Virus record (IMG/VR): IMGVR_UViG_3300025390_000012
Location: 1-48,607 of that record
Strand: one strand, 5' to 3'
Source: a virus
Lineage: Duplodnaviria; Caudoviricetes
Length of the DNA stretch: 48,607 nucleotides
Shown here: piece after piece, positions 36,169-45,932 of the stretch
Layout of the letters: each line of letters opens with the position of its first letter
Position numbering within the stretch: the stretch's first letter is position 1
Position numbers and translations under genes: made by a program
The notes under the pieces: model-generated
The model's database searches: none
What the model was told of the DNA's origin: nothing
Seen by the model: only the letters and a program-made list of their open reading frames with translations

Positions 36169-36354
36169 TTATTTTGTCGTTACTGGCACTGTCTTGAAGT
36201 GGTTATATGTTGCTGATGCAACAGGACCAAATACTGCGATACCAGCGGCCCATACAAGGTGCTTAAAATTATGCTGACCTGTTTGCCAGATGGCAACGCC
36301 AGCGACAATGAGAGCAATTACATAATGTTCTACGAGTGCTTTATTAATTTTCAT
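36169..36354 (-). CDS. Putative holin
   Basis: 61 aa with two hydrophobic segments; last gene of the lysis cluster. Confidence 0.6.
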   Translation of the reverse strand: MKINKALVEHYVIALIVAGVAIWQTGQHNFKHLVWAAGIAVFGPVASATYNHFKTVPVTTK

Positions 36355-36796
36355 TGTTTCTCCTTAGATAAGCGATTAATTTTTCCAAAGAACTACTTGA
36401 TTCGATAACCCCAATGGCCCTATTACAAGCCATGCAAAGCAAGCCACGCACGCATTTGCCGCAAGATCTTACTCCAGGGCAACATGAATGGTCATGATCT
36501 ACGGCAAGTTTTAAAACATTATTAGTTTGATAACTAATAACAAATTCAGGCCTGCCGCATAAAGCACAAGTATGATTTTGCGCTTCAAGCATAGAGTTAT
36601 ATTCTTCAGTAGTTATATTATATTTATTTTTATAAGTAATATTTTGATGCCATTCAGGATTATTGGCTCGATATTCCTTATTTCTTTGGTTTACTGCTTG
36701 TCTACAAGGTTCACAAACGATTTCTTTTTTACGCCAATGATGCTGCGCACCAGCGTAGGTGCCACATTGCTTTCGCATTGCGCTGCCTTTTTTCAA
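36344..36796 (-). CDS. Endonuclease VII-family (His-Me) nuclease
   Basis: KYNIT.EEY...Q...CALC...LAVDHDH.CC...CGKCVRGLLC..CN. Confidence 0.88.
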   Translation of the reverse strand: MKKGSAMRKQCGTYAGAQHHWRKKEIVCEPCRQAVNQRNKEYRANNPEWHQNITYKNKYNITTEEYNSMLEAQNHTCALCGRPEFVISYQTNNVLKLAVDHDHSCCPGVRSCGKCVRGLLCMACNRAIGVIESSSSLEKLIAYLRRNNEN

Positions 36797-36864
36797 TCGC
36801 TCTCCTTATGACTAACAGGCAAAGCCTGTGCCATAAGCATATCCTAAGCCAAGGGGAAGATGGC

Positions 36865-37413
36865 TCATGCCATGTGCTGTTTAACCAATGTCATGTACTT
36901 GTTCCAGTCAAAATTTTGGCCAGGATCCTGATGTCCCCCCGCAATCTTAAATGCGTTGGTAATGTCAACATGTCCACAAAAGCCAGACTGTCCTGCGACA
37001 ATCTGCTCAGGTGTTAACTTGACTGCAGGTATTCCATGCCTCTTGGCTATATCGGCCGTGAGAGAGGCGCTGAGGGCCAATTCTGCGGTGCTGTAGGCGT
37101 TAGCCCAGACAGCAGGTGTTTGTGCCGCATAGCCTGCATGTTCAACGGATATAGACTCTTGGTTCAGGTCATACTCATCCACAGCCCATGCTGTGTCTTG
37201 CTCGCTAACTGACTGAACAATCTGCTTATCGTCCACCATGTAGTGGGCAGAAGCCTGTGGGGCTGATGATCCTGCAAACCACAGGGCTACCTGATTGGCA
37301 CGGCCTTCAGACTGTGGCGTCTCCATTGTGTGGATGACGATTAGTTTGACGGTCTTGCCGCCACGACCAGGCGAGTAATGCTTAGCCTGTATGAATGGGT
37401 ATTTTATTGCCAT
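36865..37413 (-). CDS. Endolysin, N-acetylmuramoyl-L-alanine amidase (Amidase_2)
   Basis: IVIHT, SAHY, AWAV, SISVE, GH.D and HQDPG motifs. Confidence 0.9.
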   Translation of the reverse strand: MAIKYPFIQAKHYSPGRGGKTVKLIVIHTMETPQSEGRANQVALWFAGSSAPQASAHYMVDDKQIVQSVSEQDTAWAVDEYDLNQESISVEHAGYAAQTPAVWANAYSTAELALSASLTADIAKRHGIPAVKLTPEQIVAGQSGFCGHVDITNAFKIAGGHQDPGQNFDWNKYMTLVKQHMA

Positions 37414-37880
37414 ATAAGTCTCTCTGCTAAATCACCTGGATTGCAAAGGTCTGCCTCTTTACAGATGGGATGGCCTGCCTCTGCGTAGCATTCTGCTACC
37501 AGTTCAGAGCAGATGTAGCCATCATGCTTTGCAAGGTAATTAATAATTGCGTGTGGGAAAATCTTGACGCCTAACGCACGGAATGCAAGCATGACAATGA
37601 TGCCGAAATTGTATGGCCGTCCGACTGTTGACTTGGCGTGAACAACAATCTTTGCTCGCTCGTCATCGGATAGTTCTTCATGCAAGTTCCATGCAATGCG
37701 TGGGTAGTTTGTAACTGGGCTAATAGCAACGCCAGTAGGATTGGCTTCAACGACTTGACCATCACCAATGTAGATAAACGCATGGTTCCAGCGTGACACC
37801 GTTCCTAGTTTGATTAGTTTGGCAAAAAAGCCATTGCTGCTTACTACTCCATAATCACCAATGCGTGGCTCGTATGTCAT
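37404..37880 (-). CDS. Permuted papain-like (YiiX/YebB-type NlpC/P60) enzyme
   Basis: GD...WNHAFIY...VEA...GRPY...ICSELVA...P, with His before Cys. Confidence 0.8.
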   Translation of the reverse strand: MTYEPRIGDYGVVSSNGFFAKLIKLGTVSRWNHAFIYIGDGQVVEANPTGVAISPVTNYPRIAWNLHEELSDDERAKIVVHAKSTVGRPYNFGIIVMLAFRALGVKIFPHAIINYLAKHDGYICSELVAECYAEAGHPICKEADLCNPGDLAERLIWQ

Positions 37881-38227
37881 TTGTTGTCCTCGATCAAATC
37901 TTCCAGATGCTCAATTTCTTGCTTCTCAAGTTTGAGGATGTGGCGGATAATCATGGCATCACGCTTGGTCTGCCCGATCAGGGCAATACCGATGATAAGT
38001 TCAACTGTTACTGCAAGCCATGAGGCAAGATTCATCCAAAGGATGTAGTTGTGTGTATCGTGGAACAACTCAGGCTGCGCCCACCACACAAATGTCATGC
38101 AAGTCCAAGCCAATACAAAGTACCAGTTGCGGATAAGTCCTTGAATCTTCCACGAGATATTTTCGCTAAAGGTCAAAACATCTTGAGTATCTGGGTGGAT
38201 GTATTTTTTCTTAAAAGGATTAATCAT
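37877..38227 (-). CDS. DUF1003-like membrane protein
   Basis: W.FV hydrophobic helix and YILWMNLASWLA...IGQ.KRD. Confidence 0.6.
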   Translation of the reverse strand: MINPFKKKYIHPDTQDVLTFSENISWKIQGLIRNWYFVLAWTCMTFVWWAQPELFHDTHNYILWMNLASWLAVTVELIIGIALIGQTKRDAMIIRHILKLEKQEIEHLEDLIEDNK

Positions 38228-38537
38228 CGTGTCTCGCCTTCATTACTGCTATATCGGTCTTGATACGTTGTTGGTTTTTAATAAGGTCGTCAACTTTGTT
38301 TATCAAGCCAGTCTTGCCGTCGTTGTATAGCGCATACTCAATACGGCTTGTGCGCTTGTCCATCTCAGAAATTACAGTGCCTAACTTCTCTGTTTCTTCT
38401 TTAATCGTCTTAACAATGTAATGCCTAAAGAGCATTCCAAGGGCAGTCATTACACCGCCGAATACGAAGAAGTAGTAGTAAATCGTGCCTGACAGATTCA
38501 CTTGGTTTGTTAAACTATCGCTGACTGTTTTAAGCAT
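38220..38537 (-). CDS. Membrane protein (TM plus coiled coil), lysis-cluster associated
   Basis: One TM helix followed by heptad repeats. Confidence 0.6.
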   Translation of the reverse strand: MLKTVSDSLTNQVNLSGTIYYYFFVFGGVMTALGMLFRHYIVKTIKEETEKLGTVISEMDKRTSRIEYALYNDGKTGLINKVDDLIKNQQRIKTDIAVMKARHDD

Positions 38538-38555
38538 TGCAGTATTCCTTATATG

Positions 38556-40790
38556 TTAGACGACGGTACGGAATTGAAGGTTAATAACGCCGCCAAATCC
38601 TTGGAAGCGACGATCAGAAGGAGCCTCACGAGTAAAGGAAATGCTTTCAATAACTCCACGAACAGTCTCGTTGTTTGTAAAGTCTTGCAAGATAACTACA
38701 TCGCCATTTGACTCAATAGTTTCTAGCGCAGATAGACGCTCAATTGCTGCGCCTTCATAGCCAGTAACCATGTTGTAACGATCTTCTTCAAAGTCATAAC
38801 ACATAAGCGGTAAGGTGTAGATACGCTCACGACGCACCGCTGGTAGGGCTTTAAGTTGATAGCCATTGAATGAATCTTCTTGGCCAACAAGTTGTCCAGA
38901 TTCTGGATAGAATGTAAACTTCAAGGCAACTGATTCTTGTGGAATATTGTTTGCCGCTGCGTTTAGTCCAGATACATCTTGGGTAAAATCAAAACTGCCA
39001 TTGACTGTAATAATGTCTGTTACTTCACCAGTTGCAAGTACGCTGCTTAGTTTAAGCGTGCCAAGCATAGGCAAAGTCTCACGCAACTTGACCAACTCAA
39101 AGTGTTTATCCTCAAGAGTGAAGTAACGGATCTGACCAGTCTGTAGATAGCCACTAGATACAAGTGTGTTGGCTTGCTGGTAAACGCCAGTGCCTTTAAC
39201 GCCGATAACAAGTTGATTGGTTTGACCCATGACGCAGACGGCTGTTGCCTCTGCTGTAGATGGCACACGAAGGTGTGTAGCCCATCCCATTTGCAAGGTG
39301 CCAAAGTCACGGCTTAGGTCAATCTTGATAAGGCCAGATGAGTATGTGCCATCGCCATTGTCTATGTAGTTAGAGACTGTGACATAGGCAAAACGATCAT
39401 TGAAGGTAAGGTTGCGGCAAGGCAGGCCGTTAAGGACTGTTGCGCTGACAGGGTCATAGCCATTGGTTACAACGATCAGTGGACCGTAGGTAATGTAGCC
39501 GTTGGATACAAAGCCTGATGTATCAATGGTGCCGATACGTATGCCCTTGTTTGTGCCAAGCACAATAAACTTGCCAAGGTATGCACCCATGCAGTAAATC
39601 TGCTCGCCAGTAGGCATGATGGCAGCCTCAAGGCTACGGGTAAGTAGCGGGATGTTACCCGTTGTTGTATCTAGTGCGAGTCTAAATATTGAAGAATAAG
39701 AGCCAGCATAACCAGAGACGTAAATATTATTTGGGCCTTCACAAACTGCCGTCCATTTCCATGATGCGTTTGGATGTACATAGATTGGTAGATTGTTGTT
39801 GCTCGCCAATTGCACTGTACCTGTGGCAGAGGCGTTGTTAGATACTGCAGCGTTGTTGATGAAAAAAGTAAACTGTGTCTGGCTGGGTACGCTGGTAACT
39901 GTAAAGGTGCCGTTGTATGGGCTACCTACACTGGCAAGTGTTACCTCTGAACCAGTTACAAAGTTGTGAGCAGATGCAGTTGTGATGTTGGCGTTGAAAG
40001 CGCCATCAATGTATGTTGAGGCAACGTTGTATGAGTTAACGCTGTTAACCTCGAACAAGGCATTGTTGATGCCTGCGATGAGGCGTTGTTTAACCCAACC
40101 CATAACGCCTGTAGTAACAGTGCCAAGAAATGATGGATTGGTAAAGATCAATGTGCCGTTGGTTGCATTGGTCAATGGGCCTTTGTAAATGCCTGTGGCA
40201 TTAAGGACATAATAGTTTTGACCATCTTGGGCAAGGGCTAGGATGGTGCCTGAGCCGCCCCATGTCAGGGTTGTAGTAGCACCTGCAGATGTGGTGCGTT
40301 GTAAAGTTGAGCCAGTGGCTGTCAAGTATAGGTTGACGCCAGCGGCGTCTGTGCCACCAACCATGAGTGGCGTAACGCCACTGCCTACTGTGATGTTGCT
40401 GTTTTGTGTTACATCTGGAAGTAGTGTTACTCGACCAATGTTAAATACATCTACACCAGCGGACTTGTTAAAGCGGTAGCCAACAGTCTCGCCTTCAACT
40501 GGTTCTTCGTAGCGAATGCCAGCGCCGTAGTGAAACGAGGACTGGCTGCGTAGCCACCAACCTGTGAGCGTCTGCTCACCTGGTTCTTTCTGTTGGTCAA
40601 TCTGTTGCTTGCGATACTGGGCTGTCTCACGCTTGTATGGATGCTCACGGCTAATGCCAAGGAAGAACGGCAAGCCAGAGATGGCACAGTCGTAGTTGTT
40701 GGATGTGTTGACATAGGTAGAGCCTGCTGTTGATGGTAAACCAATCGAATCTACAACTGGTTCCGCAATGTGGATAAAACCATCAGTCAT
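38556..40790 (-). CDS. Tail nozzle / tail tubular protein B-like beta-propeller protein
   Basis: 744 aa, beta-rich; EPGEQTLTGWWLRSQSSFHYGAG motif; position in the tail module. Confidence 0.6.
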   Translation of the reverse strand: MTDGFIHIAEPVVDSIGLPSTAGSTYVNTSNNYDCAISGLPFFLGISREHPYKRETAQYRKQQIDQQKEPGEQTLTGWWLRSQSSFHYGAGIRYEEPVEGETVGYRFNKSAGVDVFNIGRVTLLPDVTQNSNITVGSGVTPLMVGGTDAAGVNLYLTATGSTLQRTTSAGATTTLTWGGSGTILALAQDGQNYYVLNATGIYKGPLTNATNGTLIFTNPSFLGTVTTGVMGWVKQRLIAGINNALFEVNSVNSYNVASTYIDGAFNANITTASAHNFVTGSEVTLASVGSPYNGTFTVTSVPSQTQFTFFINNAAVSNNASATGTVQLASNNNLPIYVHPNASWKWTAVCEGPNNIYVSGYAGSYSSIFRLALDTTTGNIPLLTRSLEAAIMPTGEQIYCMGAYLGKFIVLGTNKGIRIGTIDTSGFVSNGYITYGPLIVVTNGYDPVSATVLNGLPCRNLTFNDRFAYVTVSNYIDNGDGTYSSGLIKIDLSRDFGTLQMGWATHLRVPSTAEATAVCVMGQTNQLVIGVKGTGVYQQANTLVSSGYLQTGQIRYFTLEDKHFELVKLRETLPMLGTLKLSSVLATGEVTDIITVNGSFDFTQDVSGLNAAANNIPQESVALKFTFYPESGQLVGQEDSFNGYQLKALPAVRRERIYTLPLMCYDFEEDRYNMVTGYEGAAIERLSALETIESNGDVVILQDFTNNETVRGVIESISFTREAPSDRRFQGFGGVINLQFRTVV

Positions 40791-40815
40791 GCTTACTCCT
40801 TATGTTTGTTCCAAT

Positions 40816-40841
40816 AAAAAACCCCGCCATTGCTGGCGGGG
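40816..40841 (-). terminator. Intrinsic terminator after the fibre cassettes
   Basis: Minus strand CCCCGCCA-GCAA-TGGCGGGG-TTTTTT. Confidence 0.85.
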
Positions 40842-40863
40842 GCTGTACTAATGTATTGCTTGA

Positions 40864-41040
40864 TTAACTCTCTGTGGAGTTAGCCTGTGGGGCTGAGTTG
40901 GCTGCAAGTGTGGCTAGGTAGGCTTGGTAATCTGAGTTGGCAGGGTCGGTTGGGATATACCAAACCTTGCCATCAACATCTGTGCGTTGAATAATCTCGC
41001 CTGTGTCTGTGGATAGTTTTTCGTATGTTGAATTGTTCAT
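40864..41040 (-). CDS. Small 58-aa fibre-associated protein
   Basis: IPTDPANSDYQAYL motif typical of small genes following phage fibres; TAATG overlap. Confidence 0.75.
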   Translation of the reverse strand: MNNSTYEKLSTDTGEIIQRTDVDGKVWYIPTDPANSDYQAYLATLAANSAPQANSTES

Positions 41041-42107
41041 TACAACTCCGCGCTTAGTTCAATATAAGGGGCTGATGAGTTATTTGCTAAAGCAATGCCA
41101 CCATTGCCAGTCGTAAGTCCTGAGGATACATTGAATATAATTCCAACCGAATCTGGAATGGGTTGGTCTGCTGAAGCAGAGGTTACATTCTGAGAAATAT
41201 TACCAGTCTGAATTTGCATATTTGTAGCGTTGCTAATGGAAGCACTAATTGGAGTACGCATTGTTACAGGTGGTTGCAATTTGATTTTGAATTGCGTTGT
41301 GCTTGAACAAAATCCTGTACCAGCATACGCATAAAGGCTTGATGCCGTAGAAGCCCAACGCCAGTAATACCGCTGGCAGAGGGCTAACTCTCCTTGGAAT
41401 GTGCCTGATGCGGTGGTGAATGGAGTGGCTACTGAACCAGCCTCAAGTTGTACGCCCCATACATCCAAGGTAAATGTAGAGTTTTGCGGCCAAGTCAAAT
41501 CTAATTCAAGATAAGAACCTGTGCCAACTGTTTTACCGCTAATGCTTGGAAGAGTTATATAACCTGTATATCTTGCCCACGATGTTGAAAGTGTGAAAGA
41601 TGGGCCAACTGTATAAACAGAAGATGAACCACCCGAACCGAAGTTCTGACCAAAAACTGTTCCCAAGGAAATAGCAGCATTTGCTTTTGCCCAAAATGAA
41701 ACTACTACTGTTTGATTGGCAAAAGTTTGAACATTCTCTATGCGTTGAGCCAGATTGGAATAAGTTTGACCAGAACCAGCCACCGTTGTTGCCAAGCGTA
41801 AGAAATAAGAACTTTCATATCCTGCAACTGGGGCAGAGCCGGGAGTAAAGGTTTGTTGAGATACTGAGCGTGTTGCTCCTGAACCGTCAAAATTTACAAA
41901 CCATCGGTCTGCGGTAAAAGTTCCAGAAGAAATTGATGAAAATGAAGTACCACGCTGCCAGATATTAAAATCACCATTGATAATCTTATTCTTACCCGCC
42001 ACGAACGGAGCTACTGAACCACCTTTAATGGAATTTCCAGTTGAGCCAACAAGTGTTTCCTGAACAACATTGTCTGCCGTCATGCTGGTTAATTGTGCGC
42101 GACTCAT
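41040..42107 (-). CDS. Second tail fibre / receptor-binding cassette protein
   Basis: Same AGKNKIINGDF...QGELALCQRYY frame as 215..1606. Confidence 0.8.
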   Translation of the reverse strand: MSRAQLTSMTADNVVQETLVGSTGNSIKGGSVAPFVAGKNKIINGDFNIWQRGTSFSSISSGTFTADRWFVNFDGSGATRSVSQQTFTPGSAPVAGYESSYFLRLATTVAGSGQTYSNLAQRIENVQTFANQTVVVSFWAKANAAISLGTVFGQNFGSGGSSSVYTVGPSFTLSTSWARYTGYITLPSISGKTVGTGSYLELDLTWPQNSTFTLDVWGVQLEAGSVATPFTTASGTFQGELALCQRYYWRWASTASSLYAYAGTGFCSSTTQFKIKLQPPVTMRTPISASISNATNMQIQTGNISQNVTSASADQPIPDSVGIIFNVSSGLTTGNGGIALANNSSAPYIELSAEL

Positions 42108-42257
42108 TTATTCACCTGCCTGTGGTGTAGAAGAGTTGGATGGGAGTGTGCTGGCATCGTATGCCGCTTTAGTGCCTGACCAAGTTGTGCCGTCATCATT
42201 GACGACCATAATCATTGGTTCGCCAAGAGTGTTTTCATAATTAGTTACTGTAGCCAT
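42108..42257 (-). CDS. Small 49-aa fibre-associated protein (allele B)
   Basis: Hand translation; last 14 aa identical to 39..215. Confidence 0.7.
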   Translation of the reverse strand: MATVTNYENTLGEPMIMVVNDDGTTWSGTKAAYDASTLPSNSSTPQAGE

Positions 42258-43582
42258 TACAACTCACATCCGTTGAATAAAATTGTTCCACCCATCATTC
42301 GACTGCCTTGTCCAGCAACGATGGTAATGCTTCCTAACAAATCTGCCCCATCAATCGCCGTTAAATCTAAAGTTGGAGCAGCATTGGTTGCCGTGTTTAG
42401 AGCATACATATTTGGATTACTTACAACCGTTATGGAGGTTGGAGCAACACGAGCCGTGACTGGAAACTTGAAGGCGTAAAGAGTTGAATTGGTTCCATAG
42501 GCATAACCCGACAAAGCACCGCCTGAATAAACTGGCAAGTACCTCTGGCAAGCGGCTAACTCCCCCTGAAGTGTGCCAGTAGCAGTTGTGAATGGTGTTA
42601 CCACGCTACCTTGCTCAAACTGCCAACCTGTTGTTCTTACGGTTGTGCTTGAAGTTCCTGACAAATCGTAAATAACAACACGAAGGCCTTTATTTGTTCC
42701 GTTTGGAGAAACACTAGAACCTAAAGTTGTAGTTACGGTATATCGCTGCCAACTGCCTGTGCCAGTAACGCTTGTGGATATTAGATTGCTTGAGTTATTT
42801 GTTCCACTAGTATCATCGGCATAATGAGCAATGATATTTATGGTTCTTCCGTTATCAAATTTTCCGTAAAAAGAAAATGTCCAGTTTGGTGATGTAAATT
42901 GAGAAACGCCAGTAGCAGCCAACTCAATCATCTGACCAATTACCCAACTGGCAACCAAGGTTGAGTTAGAGATGCAATAGGTAAGCCCTACATTTGTTGG
43001 GGCATCAGTTGTTTTTGTCCAAGACTGGCTTCCAGCCGAATAACCAAAATATCGGTCTGATGGGTAGCCGTATCCAGCATTTGTGACAACTGTTGTTCCC
43101 CGTTGCCAGATAGAAAAATCACCATTGATTATTTTGTTTTTACCAGCCGTAGCAATCGGCCCTGCCCAACTTACCCCACCACCAGCAGAAGAGTTTGCCA
43201 CGAGTGTTGACCCGTCAGCGCCTACGCCGAGGTTAGTGACGCTGGCTGCGCCATTACCTACGATCAAATCGCCTTTGGCGGTTACTGTTGAGTTAGGAAT
43301 GGCGTTAGCCACGTTAAAGGCATTTGCAGACATTACAGTCGCAATATCACCAGCAACCAAAGCATTGGTTAGAACGACAGAAGTACCTGTGGTTGCGGTG
43401 TAATCTACGGCACGCTCAAGAAGTACGCCATTAACATAAACTTCTTCTGCGCCTACCGTATAGGCTAGGCTTTGGCTAAAGCCATCTGTACCTGAGAGGG
43501 TTGTTTCTCCGCCAGTGGCAGTATAACGCCACTGCTTAACGGTAACAGCCGACCCAGTGCTAGGGTGACGGTTAACAGTCAT
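42257..43582 (-). CDS. Tail fibre / receptor-binding protein (allele B)
   Basis: N-terminal ~140 aa close to 215..1606; distal domains differ. Confidence 0.8.
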   Translation of the reverse strand: MTVNRHPSTGSAVTVKQWRYTATGGETTLSGTDGFSQSLAYTVGAEEVYVNGVLLERAVDYTATTGTSVVLTNALVAGDIATVMSANAFNVANAIPNSTVTAKGDLIVGNGAASVTNLGVGADGSTLVANSSAGGGVSWAGPIATAGKNKIINGDFSIWQRGTTVVTNAGYGYPSDRYFGYSAGSQSWTKTTDAPTNVGLTYCISNSTLVASWVIGQMIELAATGVSQFTSPNWTFSFYGKFDNGRTINIIAHYADDTSGTNNSSNLISTSVTGTGSWQRYTVTTTLGSSVSPNGTNKGLRVVIYDLSGTSSTTVRTTGWQFEQGSVVTPFTTATGTLQGELAACQRYLPVYSGGALSGYAYGTNSTLYAFKFPVTARVAPTSITVVSNPNMYALNTATNAAPTLDLTAIDGADLLGSITIVAGQGSRMMGGTILFNGCEL

Positions 43583-43583
43583 A

Positions 43584-43934
43584 TTATGAAATTTCCGATC
43601 CGAAAGCGCTGAAGGAAACTGATGTGCTTGATGCGGCGATTGACAGAATGTCAGTGTTAGCCAGAGTTACTCCAAGTGTCAAAGTATCTGTTGAATTGCT
43701 ACCAAGAACTATATCATATGCGATATATTGCTTTGGAGTATCTGCAGCACCAGCAACACGAACTGACACACGATAGGTGATTGTTGATGTTGATTGGTTT
43801 GTGATGACGATGCTTGAAATTACAGCCGCTGCTGTGCCAGACGGTGTGTAAAGAGTGGTTAGGTTAGAGGATGCTCCTGCAGCCGTTGTAGCCGCTGGCA
43901 CCGCCTGCCCAAGTACCTTATATGCTGTTGCCAT
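43584..43934 (-). CDS. Virion adaptor protein (MATAYKVLGQ family, allele B)
   Basis: Homologous to 1608..1958. Confidence 0.75.
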   Translation of the reverse strand: MATAYKVLGQAVPAATTAAGASSNLTTLYTPSGTAAAVISSIVITNQSTSTITYRVSVRVAGAADTPKQYIAYDIVLGSNSTDTLTLGVTLANTDILSIAASSTSVSFSAFGSEIS

Positions 43935-43960
43935 TTATCTTCCTTTTCTCGGTAGTTGGG

Positions 43961-44356
43961 TCATCCGCCCATTGTCAAAAATGTTGTAGCCACTACATCG
44001 CCCATGCCAGCAAGTTGACCAACAACGCCATGAACATTGCTTTCAGCGGCAATATGCTGCTGTGCTTCTGTCATATCTTGGGCGGTAATTACATGGCGCA
44101 CGATTGCACCAACGCCATGATTGGTTGGGTTAGTGCTGTTAAATCCACGGGTGACATTCAGGGTTAGACCCGTAACGCCGTTAACCTGGACCAATTCCTC
44201 TGAAGCATTGTTATAGTCAAGGGCAACAATGTAAGGATATTGGGACGGATAACCGACCAATGCGCTTACAGGAATAGTTGTACCAGTTGAATTGATCGAA
44301 GTGGTAAGAGTAGTATCTTGCGCTGTGGATGTGTAATATCTATTAACCGCTGGCAT
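43961..44356 (-). CDS. Virion structural protein (allele B)
   Basis: Homologous to 1985..2386. Confidence 0.75.
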   Translation of the reverse strand: MPAVNRYYTSTAQDTTLTTSINSTGTTIPVSALVGYPSQYPYIVALDYNNASEELVQVNGVTGLTLNVTRGFNSTNPTNHGVGAIVRHVITAQDMTEAQQHIAAESNVHGVVGQLAGMGDVVATTFLTMGG

Positions 44357-44365
44357 TTACTATCC

Positions 44366-45256
44366 TTACGAGGTGTAGTGGGTGCGTGGTGGGAACTGCT
44401 CTTGGAGACGGCGAATCTCAATTTGCAGCCGTTGCTGATAAAGGTTCTGGATAGCACGGCCAATGTTGACTGCTGAGCCAATTGGATTGGCTTGACCCAT
44501 TGAGCCTGCTTCTGCAGATAGCGCAGGTACACGACCAAAGTCTAGGTACATTGCGGTACGGTAGGCGGCACCAAGGACAATTACCTCACGGCAAGTATCT
44601 TCAAGGCCAGTCATTGAAAAGTCATCTGAATCTTGCTGAAGCACGGTTGGCTTCTTGGTGTAAGTCACCATGACTTGACGGCCAGGGATAATGCCTTCAC
44701 GAATCGAGATAGTCTTACCACTGTTCCATACCAATGGGTTAGCAGTACGATCTACACGATAGTGGCGGATTGGTAGCCATTCCTTAGAAGGGCCGATGGT
44801 CTGCCATGAGGCAGCCAATACATCTACCGCTTCATCTGGCAAGACATAGGTTGTAACCGCTGCTTGGAATGTAAAGGTTGTGTAGTACACGCCGAATAGA
44901 TCTGGATACACAGCATCAATTGCCTGCTGAATATTGCGGCGAATGACTGAGCGTGGGAATGATGGAGTAACAGTTACCCGTGTACCTGATGTGTGGGTTG
45001 TAGCGGTTGTATCTCTAAAGCCACGACCATAGGCAGGAATGGTTGCTGTGTTGCTGGTACGGTCGAAAGAATCAACCCAGATCAATTCTTCATCAATCTC
45101 AACCAAGCCACGAGTTAGCACTGTGCCATCGGCAACCTGAAAGGTTAGGTCTGTTGCTGCCATTGGGGCAGTAAGATATGTAGCCTGATCTTGACGGTTG
45201 GTGTAACCTGTCAGAGATAAAGCAGTCTCGTCAATTAAATCTGAAAATAGAGTCAT
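44366..45256 (-). CDS. Head-tail adaptor / tail tubular protein A-like (allele B)
   Basis: Homologous to 2396..3286; same length. Confidence 0.6.
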   Translation of the reverse strand: MTLFSDLIDETALSLTGYTNRQDQATYLTAPMAATDLTFQVADGTVLTRGLVEIDEELIWVDSFDRTSNTATIPAYGRGFRDTTATTHTSGTRVTVTPSFPRSVIRRNIQQAIDAVYPDLFGVYYTTFTFQAAVTTYVLPDEAVDVLAASWQTIGPSKEWLPIRHYRVDRTANPLVWNSGKTISIREGIIPGRQVMVTYTKKPTVLQQDSDDFSMTGLEDTCREVIVLGAAYRTAMYLDFGRVPALSAEAGSMGQANPIGSAVNIGRAIQNLYQQRLQIEIRRLQEQFPPRTHYTS

Positions 45257-45516
45257 GATGCTATCAGTGAGGCTGCTAAGGCTTCGCCCAAGCCATAAGT
45301 GCCAGCAAGTTTATTTAAAATACCTGGCATGTCGGTGTTGTAGTTTGGTGCAGAAAAGCGCTTTGAATAAAGGTAGTTAAGCGCACCTTCCAAGTCCAGC
45401 GGTGTTGTAGTACCAGCCCAAACATTGGCTGCACCTTGTGCGTCAAGGGTTGGTACCCCGTTGACAATGGTGCCAGCCAGTCTGTTAAGACTGTATTGCA
45501 AGGTGGGTATAGTCAT
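45253..45516 (-). CDS. Hypothetical protein (allele B)
   Basis: Homologous to 3283..3567. Confidence 0.7.
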   Translation of the reverse strand: MTIPTLQYSLNRLAGTIVNGVPTLDAQGAANVWAGTTTPLDLEGALNYLYSKRFSAPNYNTDMPGILNKLAGTYGLGEALAASLIAS

Positions 45517-45632
45517 TATCTACCTTTCGCTGAACTTGGATGTGCCAATACTTTTATTTCTTTACCACCGATGACAATTGTCTTAGTGGTTATTTGGTTT
45601 GCTTGGCCAGTAGCCTTTACTTGCTTGGCCAT
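45516..45632 (-). CDS. 38-aa basic protein (short allele of 3568..3810)
   Basis: MAKQVKATGQANQITTKTIVIGGK...HPSSAKGR. Confidence 0.55.
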   Translation of the reverse strand: MAKQVKATGQANQITTKTIVIGGKEIKVLAHPSSAKGR

Positions 45633-45745
45633 GTGACGGTGCCGCCCACGCCCTCGTAAGAACCTTCTGGTGTAGCAGTTGGCTTACCGTCTAGTTTGCC
45701 AGTTACCTTAACTGCGTTGTTATTGCATCCGCATGACATGCACAT
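45617..45745 (-). CDS. Small MCMSCGC protein (allele B), 42 aa
   Basis: Homologous to 3795..3929. Confidence 0.7.
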   Translation of the reverse strand: MCMSCGCNNNAVKVTGKLDGKPTATPEGSYEGVGGTVTWPSK

Positions 45746-45746
45746 A

Positions 45747-45932
45747 TTACTTACCACCCTTTTTAGGCATTGCTACCTTCTTGAGATTTGGATTTGCTTT
45801 CTTTGCTGCTGGTGAAGCCTTGCGTGTTGATGAGGCTAGGATTGCTCCTGCTGACTCCATTGATACGCCAGACTTTTTAGCGATTGACTTTTGAGCGGCT
45901 GCGAAGCCCATACCCTTTTTTGCTGCTGCCAT
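45747..45932 (-). CDS. Small Lys/Ala-rich basic protein (allele B)
   Basis: Homologous to 3932..4099. Confidence 0.75.
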   Translation of the reverse strand: MAAAKKGMGFAAAQKSIAKKSGVSMESAGAILASSTRKASPAAKKANPNLKKVAMPKKGGK

